A model generated the notes under the pieces. It was not told the origin of the DNA and did no database searches. It saw only the letters and a list, made by a program, of their open reading frames with translations. The translations under genes were made by a program, and so were the position numbers. Positions 12,381 through 23,329 of a stretch of 64,000 bases of DNA are shown here, in pieces (positions within the stretch are counted from its first letter, which is position 1; each line of letters opens with the position of its first letter). This DNA is from Ranitomeya imitator (taxonomy: Eukaryota): NCBI RefSeq assembly GCF_032444005.1, contig NC_091283.1, positions 313,100,001-313,164,000 of the forward strand, in the 5' to 3' direction.

Positions 12381-13199
12381 TGTTGTGAATTCTGTGGTCG
12401 AGCTCCCTCCTGTGGTCACAAGTGGTACTTCAGCTGATTCTGTCTATGGGCTTCCGTTGGTGGATGTGAGTGGTACTGCGGCTTCTGAGTTTCCTTCCTC
12501 AGGTGATGAGGTTAAGTCGTTAGGTGCTGCTCTATTTAACTCCACCTAGTGCTTTGATCCTGGCCTCCAGTCAATGTTCCAGTATTGGTCTTGCTTCCTC
12601 CTGGATCGTTCCTGTGGCCTGTCTGCCCAGCTTAAGCTAAGTTCTGCTGGTGTTACTTTTGTTTGCTATATTTTCTGTCCAGCTTGCTATTTTGGTTTTT
12701 CTTGCTTGCTGGAAGCTCTGAGACGCAGAGGGAGCACCTCCGTACCGTTAGTCGGTGCGGAGGGTCTTTTTGCCCCTCTGCGTGGTTGTTTGTAGGTTTT
12801 TGTGTTGACCGCAAAGCTATCTTTCCTATACTCGGTCTATTCAGTAAGTCGGGCCTCACTTTGCTAAATCTATTTCATCTCTGTGTTTGTATTTTCATCT
12901 TAACTCACAGTCATTATATGTGGGGGGCTGCCTTTTCCTTTGGGGAATTTCTCTGAGGCAAGGTAGGCTTATTTTTCTATTTTCAGGGCTAGCTAGTTTC
13001 TCAGGCTGTGCCGAGTTGCATAGGGAGCGTTAGGCGCAATCCACGGCTACCTCCAGTGTGGTGTGATAGGTTTAGGGATTGCGGTCAGCAGAGTTCCCAC
13101 GTCTCAGAGCTCGTCCTATGTTTTTTGGTTATTGTCAGGTCACTTTGTGTGCTCTGAACTTCAAGGTCCATTGTGGTTCTGAATTACCTATTCTTAACA
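12381..13199 (+). repeat. 5' LTR of the Gypsy element
   Basis: TGTTGTGAATTC...TTAACA; about a dozen substitutions versus 17389-18207 by eye. Confidence 0.95.
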
Positions 13200-13270
13200 G
13201 TACTGGAGGCCCAAAGTACTATGCTTCTCAATAGAGGGAAAAAAGAAGTTCTGAGACCATTTTTTTTTCT

Positions 13271-14449
13271 TTGCACTGTGTTTTGCCTTTTTTTCCCCTA
13301 GACATTTGGGTGGTTCAGGACACAGGTGTAGTGATGGACATTAAAGGTCTGTCTTCATGTGTGGATCATCTCACTGCAAGAGTACAAAATATTCAAGACT
13401 TTGTGGCTCAGAATTCTATGTTAGAACCAAGAATTCCTATTCCTGATTTGTTTTCTGGAGATAGAGCTAAATTTCTGAGTTTCAAAAATAATTGCAAACT
13501 GTTTCTGGCGTTGAAACCTCGCTCCTCTGGTGACCCAGTTCAACAAGTTAAGATCATTATTTCTTTATTACGTGGCGACCCTCAAGACTGGGCATTTTCC
13601 CTTGCGCCAGGAGATCCTGCATTATGTAATATTGATGCGTTTTTTCTGGCGCTCGGATTACTGTACGATGAACCTAATTCAGTGGATCAGGCAGAGAAAA
13701 ATTTGCTGGCTCTGTGTCAGGGTCAGGATGAGATAGAGATTTATTGTCAGAAGTTTAGAAAGTGGTCCGTGCTCACTCAATGGAATGAATGTGCGCTGGC
13801 AGCTATTTTCAGAAAGGGTCTGTCTGAAGCCCTTAAGGATGTCATGGTGGGATTTCCTATGCCTGCTGGTCTGAATGAGTCTATGTCTTTGGCCATTCAG
13901 ATCAGTCGATGCTTGTGTGAGCGTAAATCTGTGCACCATTTGGCGGTATTATCTGAGCATAAACCTGAGCCTATGCAGTGCGATAGGACTTTGACCAGAG
14001 TTGAAAGGCAAGAACACAGACGTCAGAATGGGCTGTGTTTCTACTGTGGTGATTCCACTCATGCTATCTCCGATTGTCCTAAGCGCACTAAGCGGTTCGC
14101 TAAGTCTGCCACCATTGGTACGGTACAGTCGAAATTTCTTTTGTCCGTTACTTTGATCTGCTCTTTGTCTTCCTATTCTGTCATGGCATTTGTGGATTCA
14201 GGCGCTGCCCTGAATTTGATGGACTTGGAGTTTGCTAGGCGCTGTGGGTTTGTCTTGGAGCCCTTGCAGTGTCTTATTCCATTGAGAGGAATTGATGCTA
14301 CGCCTTTGGCCAAGAATAAGCCTCAGTATTGGACCCAGCTGACCATGTGCATGGCTCCTGCGCACCAGGAGGATATTCGCTTTCTGGTGTTGCATAATCT
14401 GCATGATGTGGTCGTGTTGGGGTTGCCATGGCTACAAGTCCAGTATTAG
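13271..14449 (+). CDS. gag: Gypsy Gag plus aspartic protease (ends at a frameshift)
   Basis: EPRIPIPDLFSGDRAKF capsid-like start, zinc knuckle CFYCGDSTHAISDC (CX2CX4HX4C), protease AFVDSGAALNLMD; true start codon uncertain. Confidence 0.85.
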   Translation: MHCVLPFFPLDIWVVQDTGVVMDIKGLSSCVDHLTARVQNIQDFVAQNSMLEPRIPIPDLFSGDRAKFLSFKNNCKLFLALKPRSSGDPVQQVKIIISLLRGDPQDWAFSLAPGDPALCNIDAFFLALGLLYDEPNSVDQAEKNLLALCQGQDEIEIYCQKFRKWSVLTQWNECALAAIFRKGLSEALKDVMVGFPMPAGLNESMSLAIQISRCLCERKSVHHLAVLSEHKPEPMQCDRTLTRVERQEHRRQNGLCFYCGDSTHAISDCPKRTKRFAKSATIGTVQSKFLLSVTLICSLSSYSVMAFVDSGAALNLMDLEFARRCGFVLEPLQCLIPLRGIDATPLAKNKPQYWTQLTMCMAPAHQEDIRFLVLHNLHDVVVLGLPWLQVQY

Positions 14450-17400
14450 ATTGGAAATCTATGTCTGTGTCCAGCTGGGGTTGTCAGGGGGTACATGGTG
14501 ATGTTCCATTTCTGTCTATCTCATCATCCACCCCTTCTGAGGTCCCAGAGTTCTTGTCTGATTACCGGGATGTATTCGATGAGCCCAAGTCCAATGCCCT
14601 ACCTCCGCATAGGGATTGTGATTGTGCTATCGAGTTGATTCCTGGTAGTAAGTTTCCTAAGGGTCGACTGTTTAATTTATCTGTACCTGAGCACGCCGCT
14701 ATGCGGAGTTACGTTAAAGAATCCTTGGAGAAGGGTCATATTCGCCCGTCGTCATCGCCATTGGGAGCAAGGGTTCTTTTTTGTGGCCAAGAAGGATGGT
14801 TCGCTGAGACCTTGTATTGATTACCGCCTTCTAAATAAAATCACGGTCAAATTTCAGTACCCCTTGCCGCTGCTATCTGATTTGTTTGCTCGGATTAAGG
14901 GGGCTAGTTGGTTCACCAAGATAGATCTTCGTGGTGCATATAATCTTGTGCATATTAAACGGGGCGATGAATGGAAAACTGCATTTAATACGCCCGAGGG
15001 CCATTTTGAGTACCTAGTTATGCCATTCGGACTTGCCAATGCTCCATCAGTATTTCAGTCCTTTATGCATGACATCTTCCGAGAGTACCTGGATAAATTC
15101 CTGATTGTATACTTGGATGATATTTTGGTCTTCTCGGATGATTGGGAGTCTCATGTGAAGCAGGTCAGAATGGTGTTCCAGGTCCTGTGTGCTAATTCTT
15201 TGTTTGTGAAGGGATCAAAGTGTCTCTTTGGTGTTCAGAAGGTTTCATTTTTGGGGTTCATTTTTTCCCCTTCTACTATCGAGATGGACCCTGTTAAGGT
15301 CCAGGCCATTTATGAATGGACTCAGCCGACATCTCTGAAGAGTCTGCAAAAGTTCCTTGGCTTTGCTAATTTTTATCGTCGCTTCATTTGTAATTTTTCT
15401 AGTATTGCTAAACCATTGACCGATTTGACCAAGAAGGGTGCTGATGTGGTCAATTGGTCTTCTGCTGCTGTGGAAGCTTTTCAAGAGTTAAAGCGTCGTT
15501 TTTCTTCTGCCCCTGTGTTGTGTCAGCCAGATGTTTCGCTTCCGTTCCAGGTCGAGGTTGATGCTTCTGAAATTGGAGCGGGGGCTGTTTTGTCGCAAAG
15601 AGGTTCTGATTGCTCGGTGATGAAGCCATGCGCCTTCTTTTCCAGGAAGTTTTCGCCTGCTGAGCGAAATTATGATGTTTGCAATCGAGAGTTGCTGGCC
15701 ATGAAGTGGGCATTCGAGGAGTGGCGTCATTGGCTTGAAGGAGCTAAGCATCGCGTGGTGGTCTTGACTGATCACAAGAACTTGACTTATCTCGAGTCTG
15801 CCAAACGGTTGAATCCTAGACAGGCTCGTTGGTCGCTGTTTTTCTCCCGTTTTGACTTTGTGGTTTCGTACCTTCCGGGCTCTAAAAATGTGAAGGCGGA
15901 TGCCCTGTCTAGGAGTTTTGTGCCCGACTCTCCGGGTTTGCCTGAGCCGGCGGGTATTCTCAAAGAGGGAGTAATTGTGTCTGCCATCTCCCCTGATTTG
16001 CGGCGGGTGCTGCAAAAATTTCAGGCTAATAAACCTGATCGTTGCCCAGCGGAGAGACTGTTTGTCCCTGATAGGTGGACGAATAAAGTTATCTCTGAGG
16101 TTCATTGTTCGGTGTTGGCTGGTCATCCTGGAATCTTTGGTACCAGAGATTTAGTGGCTAGATCCTTTTGGTGGCCATCTCTGTCACGGGATGTGCGTTC
16201 TTTTGTGCAGTCCTGTGGGATTTGTGCTCGGGCTAAGCCCTGCTGTTCTCGTGCCAGTGGGTTGCTTTTGCCCTTGCCGGTCCCGAAGAGGCCTTGGACA
16301 CATATCTCTATGGATTTTATTTCGGATCTCCCCGTCTCTCAAAAAATGTCGGTCATTTGGGTAGTTTGTGATCGCTTCTCTAAGATGGTCCATTTGGTAC
16401 CCTTGTCTAAATTACCTTCCTCCTCTGATTTGGTGCCATTGTTCTTCCAGCATGTGGTTTGTTTACATGGCATTCCAGAGAACATCGTTTCTGACAGAGG
16501 TTCCCAGTTTGTTTCGAGGTTTTGGCGAGCCTTTTGTGCTAGGATGGGCATTGATTTGTCTTTTTCCTCGGCTTTTCATCCTCAGACAAATGGCCAGACT
16601 GAACGAACCAATCAGACCTTGGAAACATATCTGAGATGTTTTGTTTCCGCTGATCAGGATGATTGGGTGTCCTTTTTGCCGTTGGCTGAGTTCGCCCTTA
16701 ATAATCGGGCCAGCTCGGCTACCTTGGTTTCGCCGTTTTTCTGCAATTCTGGGTTCCATCCTCGTTTCTCTTCAGGGCAGGTTGAGTCTTTGGACTGTCC
16801 TGGTGTGGATACTGTGGTGGACAGGTTGCAGCGGATTTGGACTCATGTAGTGGACAATTTGACCTTGTCCCAGGAGAAGGCTCAACGTTTCGCTAATCGC
16901 AGACGCTGTGTGGGTCCCCGACTTCGTGTTGGGGATTTGGTTTGGTTGTCATCTCGTTATATTCCTATGAAGGTTTCCTCTCCTAAGTTTAAGCCTCGTT
17001 TCATTGGTCCGTATAGGATTTCTGAGGTTCTTAATCCTGTGTCTTTTCGTTTGACCCTTCCAGATTCTTTTTCCATCCATAACGTATTCCATAGGTCATT
17101 GTTGCGGAGATACGTGGCACCTATGGTTCCATCTGTTGATCCTCCTGCCCCGGTTTTGGTGGAGGGGGAGTTGGAGTATATAGTGGAGAAGATTTTGGAT
17201 TCTCGTGTTTCGAGATGGAAACTCCAGTATCTGGTTAAGTGGAAGGGTTATGGTCAGGAAGATAATTCCTGGGTCTTTGCCTCTGATGTCCATGCTGCCG
17301 ATCTTGTTCGTGCCTTTCATATTGCTCATCCTGGTCGGCCTGGGGGCTCTGGTGAGGGTTCGGTGACCCCTCCTCAAGGGGGGGGTACTGTTGTGAATTC

Positions 17401-17557
17401 TGTGGCCAAGCTCCCTCCTGTGGTCACAAGTGGTACTTCGGCTGATTCTGTCTATGGGCTTCCGTTGGTGGATGTGAGTGGTACTGCGGCTTCTGAGTTT
17501 CCTTCCTCAGGTGATGAGGTTAAGTCGTTAGGTGCTGCTCTATTTATCTCCACCTAG
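14428..17557 (+). pseudogene. pol: Gypsy Pol (RT, RNase H, integrase, chromodomain), frameshifted near 14440 and 14770
   Basis: RT FTKIDLRGAYN and VYLDDILVFS; RH VEVDASEIGAG; IN HCSVLAGH...CGIC, DFISDL, DRGSQF, GQTER; chromodomain EYIVEKILDSR...YLVKWKGYGQEDNSW; frame runs into the 3' LTR. Confidence 0.92.
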
Positions 17558-18207
17558 TGCTTTGATCCTGGCCTCCAGTCAATGTTCCAGTATTGGTCTT
17601 GCTTCCTCCTGGATCGTTCCTGTGGCCTGTCTGCCCAGCTTAAGCTAAGTTCTGCTGGTGTTACTTTTGTTTGCTATATTTTCTGTCCAGCTTGCTATTT
17701 TGGTTTTTCTTGCTTGCTGGAAGGTCTGAGACGCAGAGGGAGCACCTCCGTACCGTTAGTCGGTGCGGAGGGTCTTTTTGCCCCTATGCGTGGTTGTTTG
17801 TAGGTTTTTGTGTTGACCGCAAAGCTATCTTTCCTATCCTCGGTCTATTCAGTAAGTCGAGCCTCACTTTGCTAAATCTATTTAATCTCTGTGTTTGTAT
17901 TTTCATCTTAACTCACAGTCATTATATGTGGGGGGCTGCCTTTTCCATTGGGGAATTTCTCTGAGGCAAGGTAGGCTTATTTTTCTATTTTCAGGGCTAG
18001 CTAGTTTCTCAGGCTGTGCCGAGTTGCATAGGGAGCGTTAGGCGCAATCCACGGCTACCTCCAGTGTGGTGTGATAGGTTTAGGGATTGCGGTCAGCAGA
18101 GTTCCCACGTCTCAGAGCTCGTCCTATGTTTTTTGGTTATTGTCAGGTCACTTTGTGTGCTCTGAACTTCAAGGTCCATTGTGGTTCTGAATTACCTATT
18201 CATAACA
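17389..18207 (+). repeat. 3' LTR of the Gypsy element
   Basis: Follows AAGGGGGGGGTAC; TGTTGTGAATTC...ATAACA. Confidence 0.95.
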
Positions 18208-18921
18208 GTAAGAGAATGTATATGCTACTTTCATATTGATTATCACCTGATTCACAGACATCACGTATATAGTTTATTTATAATTTTATTATTTTTTGCT
18301 GTAATAATCTTATATATGTCAAAAATACACTCTGTGTTCTTCGTGATGCACTTTTACTATTTTTACATAATAATTTTTTTCAATCATTTTTTTTATACTT
18401 TTCTTTTGTTCATCCGGAACTCCCTGGTGCAAGATTGACATTAATTCTTGGATTTAGGTTAATTTTTCCTTAGAGGCCCTTTCAGATTACTCTCTTTTCA
18501 CCTGTTTCTGGGTAGATAAATAGAGAGCTGGGGTGAGCTTCAATTTTTGAGCTAATATTGATATTTAATCCTTGATATATATACTTGATCGTTATGTAGA
18601 GATTTACTATTTATTAATAGAATAAACTTTCTTTCATTGATTAAGTGTTATGATATTAGATTATTCTTGTATATTCTTTATTGGTGCATGTAATTTGATG
18701 CATTCATATGTTTTATAGTGTACCTCACACACTGTGTATTATTACACGGCTATTTATTTAATTTTTGCTATATCTCCTGTCTTTTTAAATTGTTTTTATG
18801 TTCATCCTGCACTTTCTGATTCACTTTGTATTCATCTTCACTTTTTTATGCTCTACATATATATACATTTGTGTTTTATAAGATGTGTTCATTTTGAACT
18901 TCCTGATCCACTTCGCATATA

Positions 18922-20527
18922 CAGTTGGGCAAAAAAGTATTTAGTCAGTCAGCAATAGTGCAAGTTCCACCACTTAAAAAGATGAGAGGCGTCTGTAATT
19001 TACATCATAGGTAGACCTCAACTATGGGAGACAAACTGAGAAAAAAAAATCCAGAAAATCACATTGTCTGTTTTTTTAACATTTTATTTGCATATTATGG
19101 TGGAAAATAAGTATTTGGTCAGAAACAAACAATCAAGATTTCTGGCTCTCACAGACCTGTAACTTCTTCTTTAAGAGTCTCCTCTTTCCTCCACTCATTA
19201 CCTGTAGTAATGGCACCTGTTTAAACTTGTTATCAGTATAAAAAGACACCTGTGCACACCCTCAAATAGTCTGACTCCAAACTCCACTATGGTGAAGACC
19301 AAAGAGCTGTCAAAGGACACCAGAAACAAAATTGTAGCCCTGCACCAGGCTGGGAAGACTGAATCTGCAATAGCCAACCAGCTTGGAGTGAAGAAATCAA
19401 CAGTGGGAGCAATAATTAGAAAATGGAAGACATACAAGACCACTGATAATCTCCTTCGATCTGGGGCTCCACGCAAAATCCCACCCCGTGGGGTCAGAAT
19501 GATCACAAGAACGGTGAGCAAAAATCCCAGAACCACGCGGGGGGACCTAGTGAATGAACTGCAGAGAGCTGGGACCAATGTAACAAGGCCTACCATAAGT
19601 AACACACTACGCCACCATGGACTCAGATCCTGCAGTGCCAGACGTGTCCCACTGCTTAAGCCAGTACATGTCCGGGCCCGTCTGAAGTTTGCTAGAGAGC
19701 ATTTGGATGATCCAGAGGAGTTTTGGGAGAATGTCCTATGGTCTGATTAAACCAAACTGGAACTGTTTGGTAGAAACACAACTTGTCGTGTTTGGAGGAA
19801 AAAGAATACTGAGTTGCATCCATCAAACACCATACCTTCTGTAAAGCATGGTGGTGGAAACATCATGCTTTGGGGCTGTTTCTCTGCAAAGGGGCCAGGA
19901 CAACTGATCCGGGTACATGAAAGAATGAATGGGGCCATGTATCGTGAGATTTTGAGTGCAAACCTCCTTCCATCAGCAAGGGCATTGAAGATGAAACGTG
20001 GCTGGGTCTTTCAACATGACAATGATCCAAAGCACACCGCCAGGGCAACAAAGGAGTGGCTTCGTAAGAAGCATTTCAAGGTCCTGGAGTGGCCTAGCCA
20101 GTCTCCAGATCTCAACCCTATAGAAAACCTTTGGAGGGAGTTGAAAGTCCGTGTTGCCAAGCGAAAAGCCAAAAACATCACTGCTCTAGAGGAGATCTGC
20201 ATGGAGGAATGGGCCAACATACCAACAACAGTGTGTGGCAACCTTGTGAAGACTTACAGAAAACGTTTGACCTCTGTCATTGCCAACAAAGGATATATTA
20301 CAAAGTATTGAGATGAAATTTTGTTTCTGACCAAATACTTATTTTCCACCATAATATGCAAATAAAATGTTAAAAAAACAGACAATGTGATTTTCTGGAT
20401 TTTTTTTTCTCAGTTTGTCTCCCATAGTTGAGGTCTACCTATGATGTAAATTACAGACGCCTCTCATCTTTTAAAGTGGTGGAACTTGCACTATTGCTGA
20501 CTGACTAAATACTATTTTGCCCCACTG
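18922..20527 (+). mobile_element. Tc1-family DNA transposon, full length (1606 bp), IR/DR type
   Basis: ~208-bp TIRs (18922-19129, 20320-20527) starting CAGTTGGGCAAAA/ending TTTTGCCCCACTG; TA on both flanks; AAGTATTT(A/G)GTCA direct repeats at the two ends of each TIR. Confidence 0.95.
19289..20311 (+). pseudogene. Tc1 transposase (340 codons, DD34E) with one nonsense codon at 19748-19750
   Basis: Paired-like HTH N-terminus; WSD*TK (DETK expected), [22 protein letters not shown] with 34 residues between D and E; both halves are in the same frame. Confidence 0.93.
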
Positions 20528-20947
20528 TATTTGATTCACCTTCTTATGCTCTATATGTATAATTTATGTAATTTAGGCCACCATCATTCTATCCGATTAG
20601 ACTATTCTGCCCCCCTTACACTTGATATAATATCTAGTCTATTTCAGCTTACAAGATGCAGATTAGTGTATGACAGCTATTTCTTGGGATTCATCAGAAT
20701 ATTGCAGTATTTTTACAGACAATGGTATATGATAGGTTTTGTATAATGTTCTGTTAATTATACACAGTCCTCCTGTAAATTAGCCTTATTATCATGATGG
20801 ATCTACGTGACCTATGGTAACTCCATTGCTTCATGCTTCACAATGATTTTCCACCTATGTTTTAATTGGCTTAGGGCTATTTAACAGTTCACTCAGAATA
20901 TCCTGCCATACCCGATGACTAAGGGTGCTAGGAAGCCACGCGTCAGG

Positions 20948-20983
<36 letters not shown>

Positions 20984-21045
20984 TATATATCTTTTGCATT
21001 CCATGTTTTTAATGAGTCTTAAATAAATCATGAAATAGTTTTTAC

Positions 21046-21201
21046 CTATTGTAGGACAGATGTGCCGACCATTTCCTCTTATCCTTGAATCTTTGGCTGA
21101 ACTTCACCAGCAGGATCGGCACCCGACACACAGATCTCACCCCCCCAACATCGGATGACATGATGAGCTCACAATCCCCCTCTATCAAACTATGAATATC
21201 T
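21046..21201 (-). CDS. Candidate exon (156 bp, phase 2-2) of an unidentified gene or pseudogene
   Basis: AG...|GTAAAA boundaries; open frame DIHSLIEGDCELIMSSDVGGVRSVCRVPILLVKFSQRFKDKRKWSAHLSYN; phase matches 22358-22466. Confidence 0.35.
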
Positions 21202-21204
21202 CTA

Positions 21205-22357
21205 CAGCAAGCGCACTCCTCTGCAGCTGAATACATTGTCCACAGCTCCACCATTTCTGTACACCGGGAACAGCTGAATTTACATTGTCCACAGCTCCAC
21301 CATTTCTCTACAGCGGGAACAGCTGAATACATTTTCCACAGCTCCACCATTTCTCTACATCGGGAACAGCTGAATACATTGTCCACAGCTCCACCATTTC
21401 TCTACACCGGGAACAGCTGAATACATTGTCCACAGCTACACCATTTCTCTACACCGGGAACAGCTGAGTACATTGTCCACAGCTCCACCATTTCTCTACA
21501 TCAGGAACAGCTAAATACATTGTCCACAGCTCCACCATTTCTCTACACCGGGAACAGCTGAATTTACATTGTCCACAGCTCCACCATTTCTCTACACCGG
21601 GAACAGCTGAATATTTTCCACAGCTCCACCATTTCTCTACATCGGGAGCAGCTGAATACATTGTCCACATCTCCACCATTTCTCTACACCGGGAACAGCT
21701 GAATACATTGTCCACAGCTCCACCATTTCTCTACATCGGGAACAGCTGAATACATTGTCCACAGCTCCACCATTTCTCTACACCGAGAACAGCTGAATAT
21801 ATTGTCCACAGCTCCACCATTTCTCTACACCGGGAACAGCTGAATACATTGTCCACAGCTCCACCATTTCTCTACACCGGGAACAGCTGAATACATTGTC
21901 CACAGCTCCACCATTTCTCTACACCGGGAACAGCTGAATACATTGTCCACAGCTCCACCATTTCTCTACACCGGGAACAGCTGAATACATTGTCCACAGC
22001 TCCACCATTTCTCTACATTGGGAAAAGCTGAATACATTGTCCACAGCTCCACCATTTCTCTACATTGGGAACAGCTGAATACATTGTCCACAGCTCCACC
22101 ATTTCTCTACATCGGAAACAGCTGAATACATTATCCACAGCTCCACCATTTCTCTACATTGGGAACAGCTAAATACATTGTCCACAGCTCCACCATTTCT
22201 CTACACCGGGAACAGCTGAATACATTGTCCACAGCTCCACCATTTCTCTACATTGGGAACAGCTGAATACATTCTCCACAGCTCCACCATTTCTCTACAC
22301 CGGGAACAGCTGAATACATTGTCCACAGCTCCACCATTTCTCTACATGGGGAACAAC
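21205..22357. repeat. 47-bp minisatellite (~24 copies; CAGCTGAATACATTGTCCACAGCTCCACCATTTCTCTACACCGGGAA)
   Basis: Direct reading of tandem units. Confidence 0.95.
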
Positions 22358-22466
22358 CTCAGCTTCTCTTTGCTGTTCTTCATTTTTGGGGCTGGAGAGA
22401 CGATATGTGTTTCGGGTCTTGAAACGCTCGGCTTATCTCCTGAACCTTCCTGTACAAATCTTCTCT
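22358..22466 (-). CDS. Candidate exon (109 bp)
   Basis: Acceptor TTGTTTATAG; weak donor GAG|GTTGTT; K/E/R-rich frames (REDLYRKVQEISRAFQDPKH...; ...MKNSKEKL). Confidence 0.35.
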
Positions 22467-22546
22467 CTATAAACAATTAATTTAACATTTTTATTTTTAA
22501 AATTATTCAATAAAATAATTAAATTATCCCCCAAAATCCCACTAAC

Positions 22547-22591
22547 CTCTTTAGCTCTTTTTGCTTTCTGTTCTTTTGTATACTTCGGCAT
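22547..22591 (-). CDS. Candidate first coding segment MPKYTKEQKAKRAKE, followed by an 80-bp AT-rich GT-AG intron (22467-22546)
   Basis: Donor GAG|GTTAGT; ATG at 22591; splices in frame to REDLYRKVQE... Confidence 0.3.
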
Positions 22592-23329
22592 AATTCCTTT
22601 ACATCGGCTTTTGGTTTCATTGAGGCAATTTCTTTCTTTTACTTGGCATTGTATTATTCTCCAGAATAGATTGTGTGTAATTCAGATGAGGATATCAGAG
22701 TATTTGGACGTCACATTATTCTCCTGTAGTTCCTGTAAATGTTGTAGGAATATACTTTTTCTCCGTAGCGTTTCACAAATGTCAGACACGAGCCATCACA
22801 TGAGCAGGCAAGTATCTGATGTCCGTATAGTGAGGCAAAATGTGTAATATAACTATCAGGATGTGACCGGTGTGAATACGTGCTTCTTTACGGGTTTGTG
22901 ACATTTTTGTTTTTAGACTTGTAAATTAGGTTTACTTCATAGTGGACACAAGTTCTATCGTGTAAGGTGATTCAATAGTAAAATGAATGCATGCTTGTTT
23001 TACAAAAATAAGGACTTAAGTTATAGCACTTCTACCATGGGATGAATAATTAGTTCTGAGATTCTCACTGTGGTAGAATTATTCCTTTTTTCTCATCTTT
23101 ATGCTGCCTGTGTACAATATGATTTTTAACCAGCTGCTCACACTGAAGGTCCGCTTACTGTATTTTTCATGCATTGTGTCACGTTTTAATTGTGAAATTG
23201 TAACATGCTAAGAAATTTTTCTCATGCCGAAGAAAGCTTAGAAATAATAAACAGATCGTAAACGCCTCCTTGAATAACATTGGTCAATAAGTCAGTCAAT
23301 AAGGATACTCCCGCAAGCGGGCCCAAAGT

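Larger units (their letters stand above)
12381..18207 (+). mobile_element. Ty3/Gypsy chromovirus LTR retrotransposon (Tf1/sushi group), near full length
   Basis: Two 819-bp TG...CA LTRs, polypurine tract 17376-17385, gag-PR-RT-RH-IN-chromodomain order; GTAAG flanks both ends (one extra G on the left). Confidence 0.95.

Noticed and set aside
12574-12956. ORFs repeated at 17582-17964
   Set aside because: Incidental frames within the two LTR copies.
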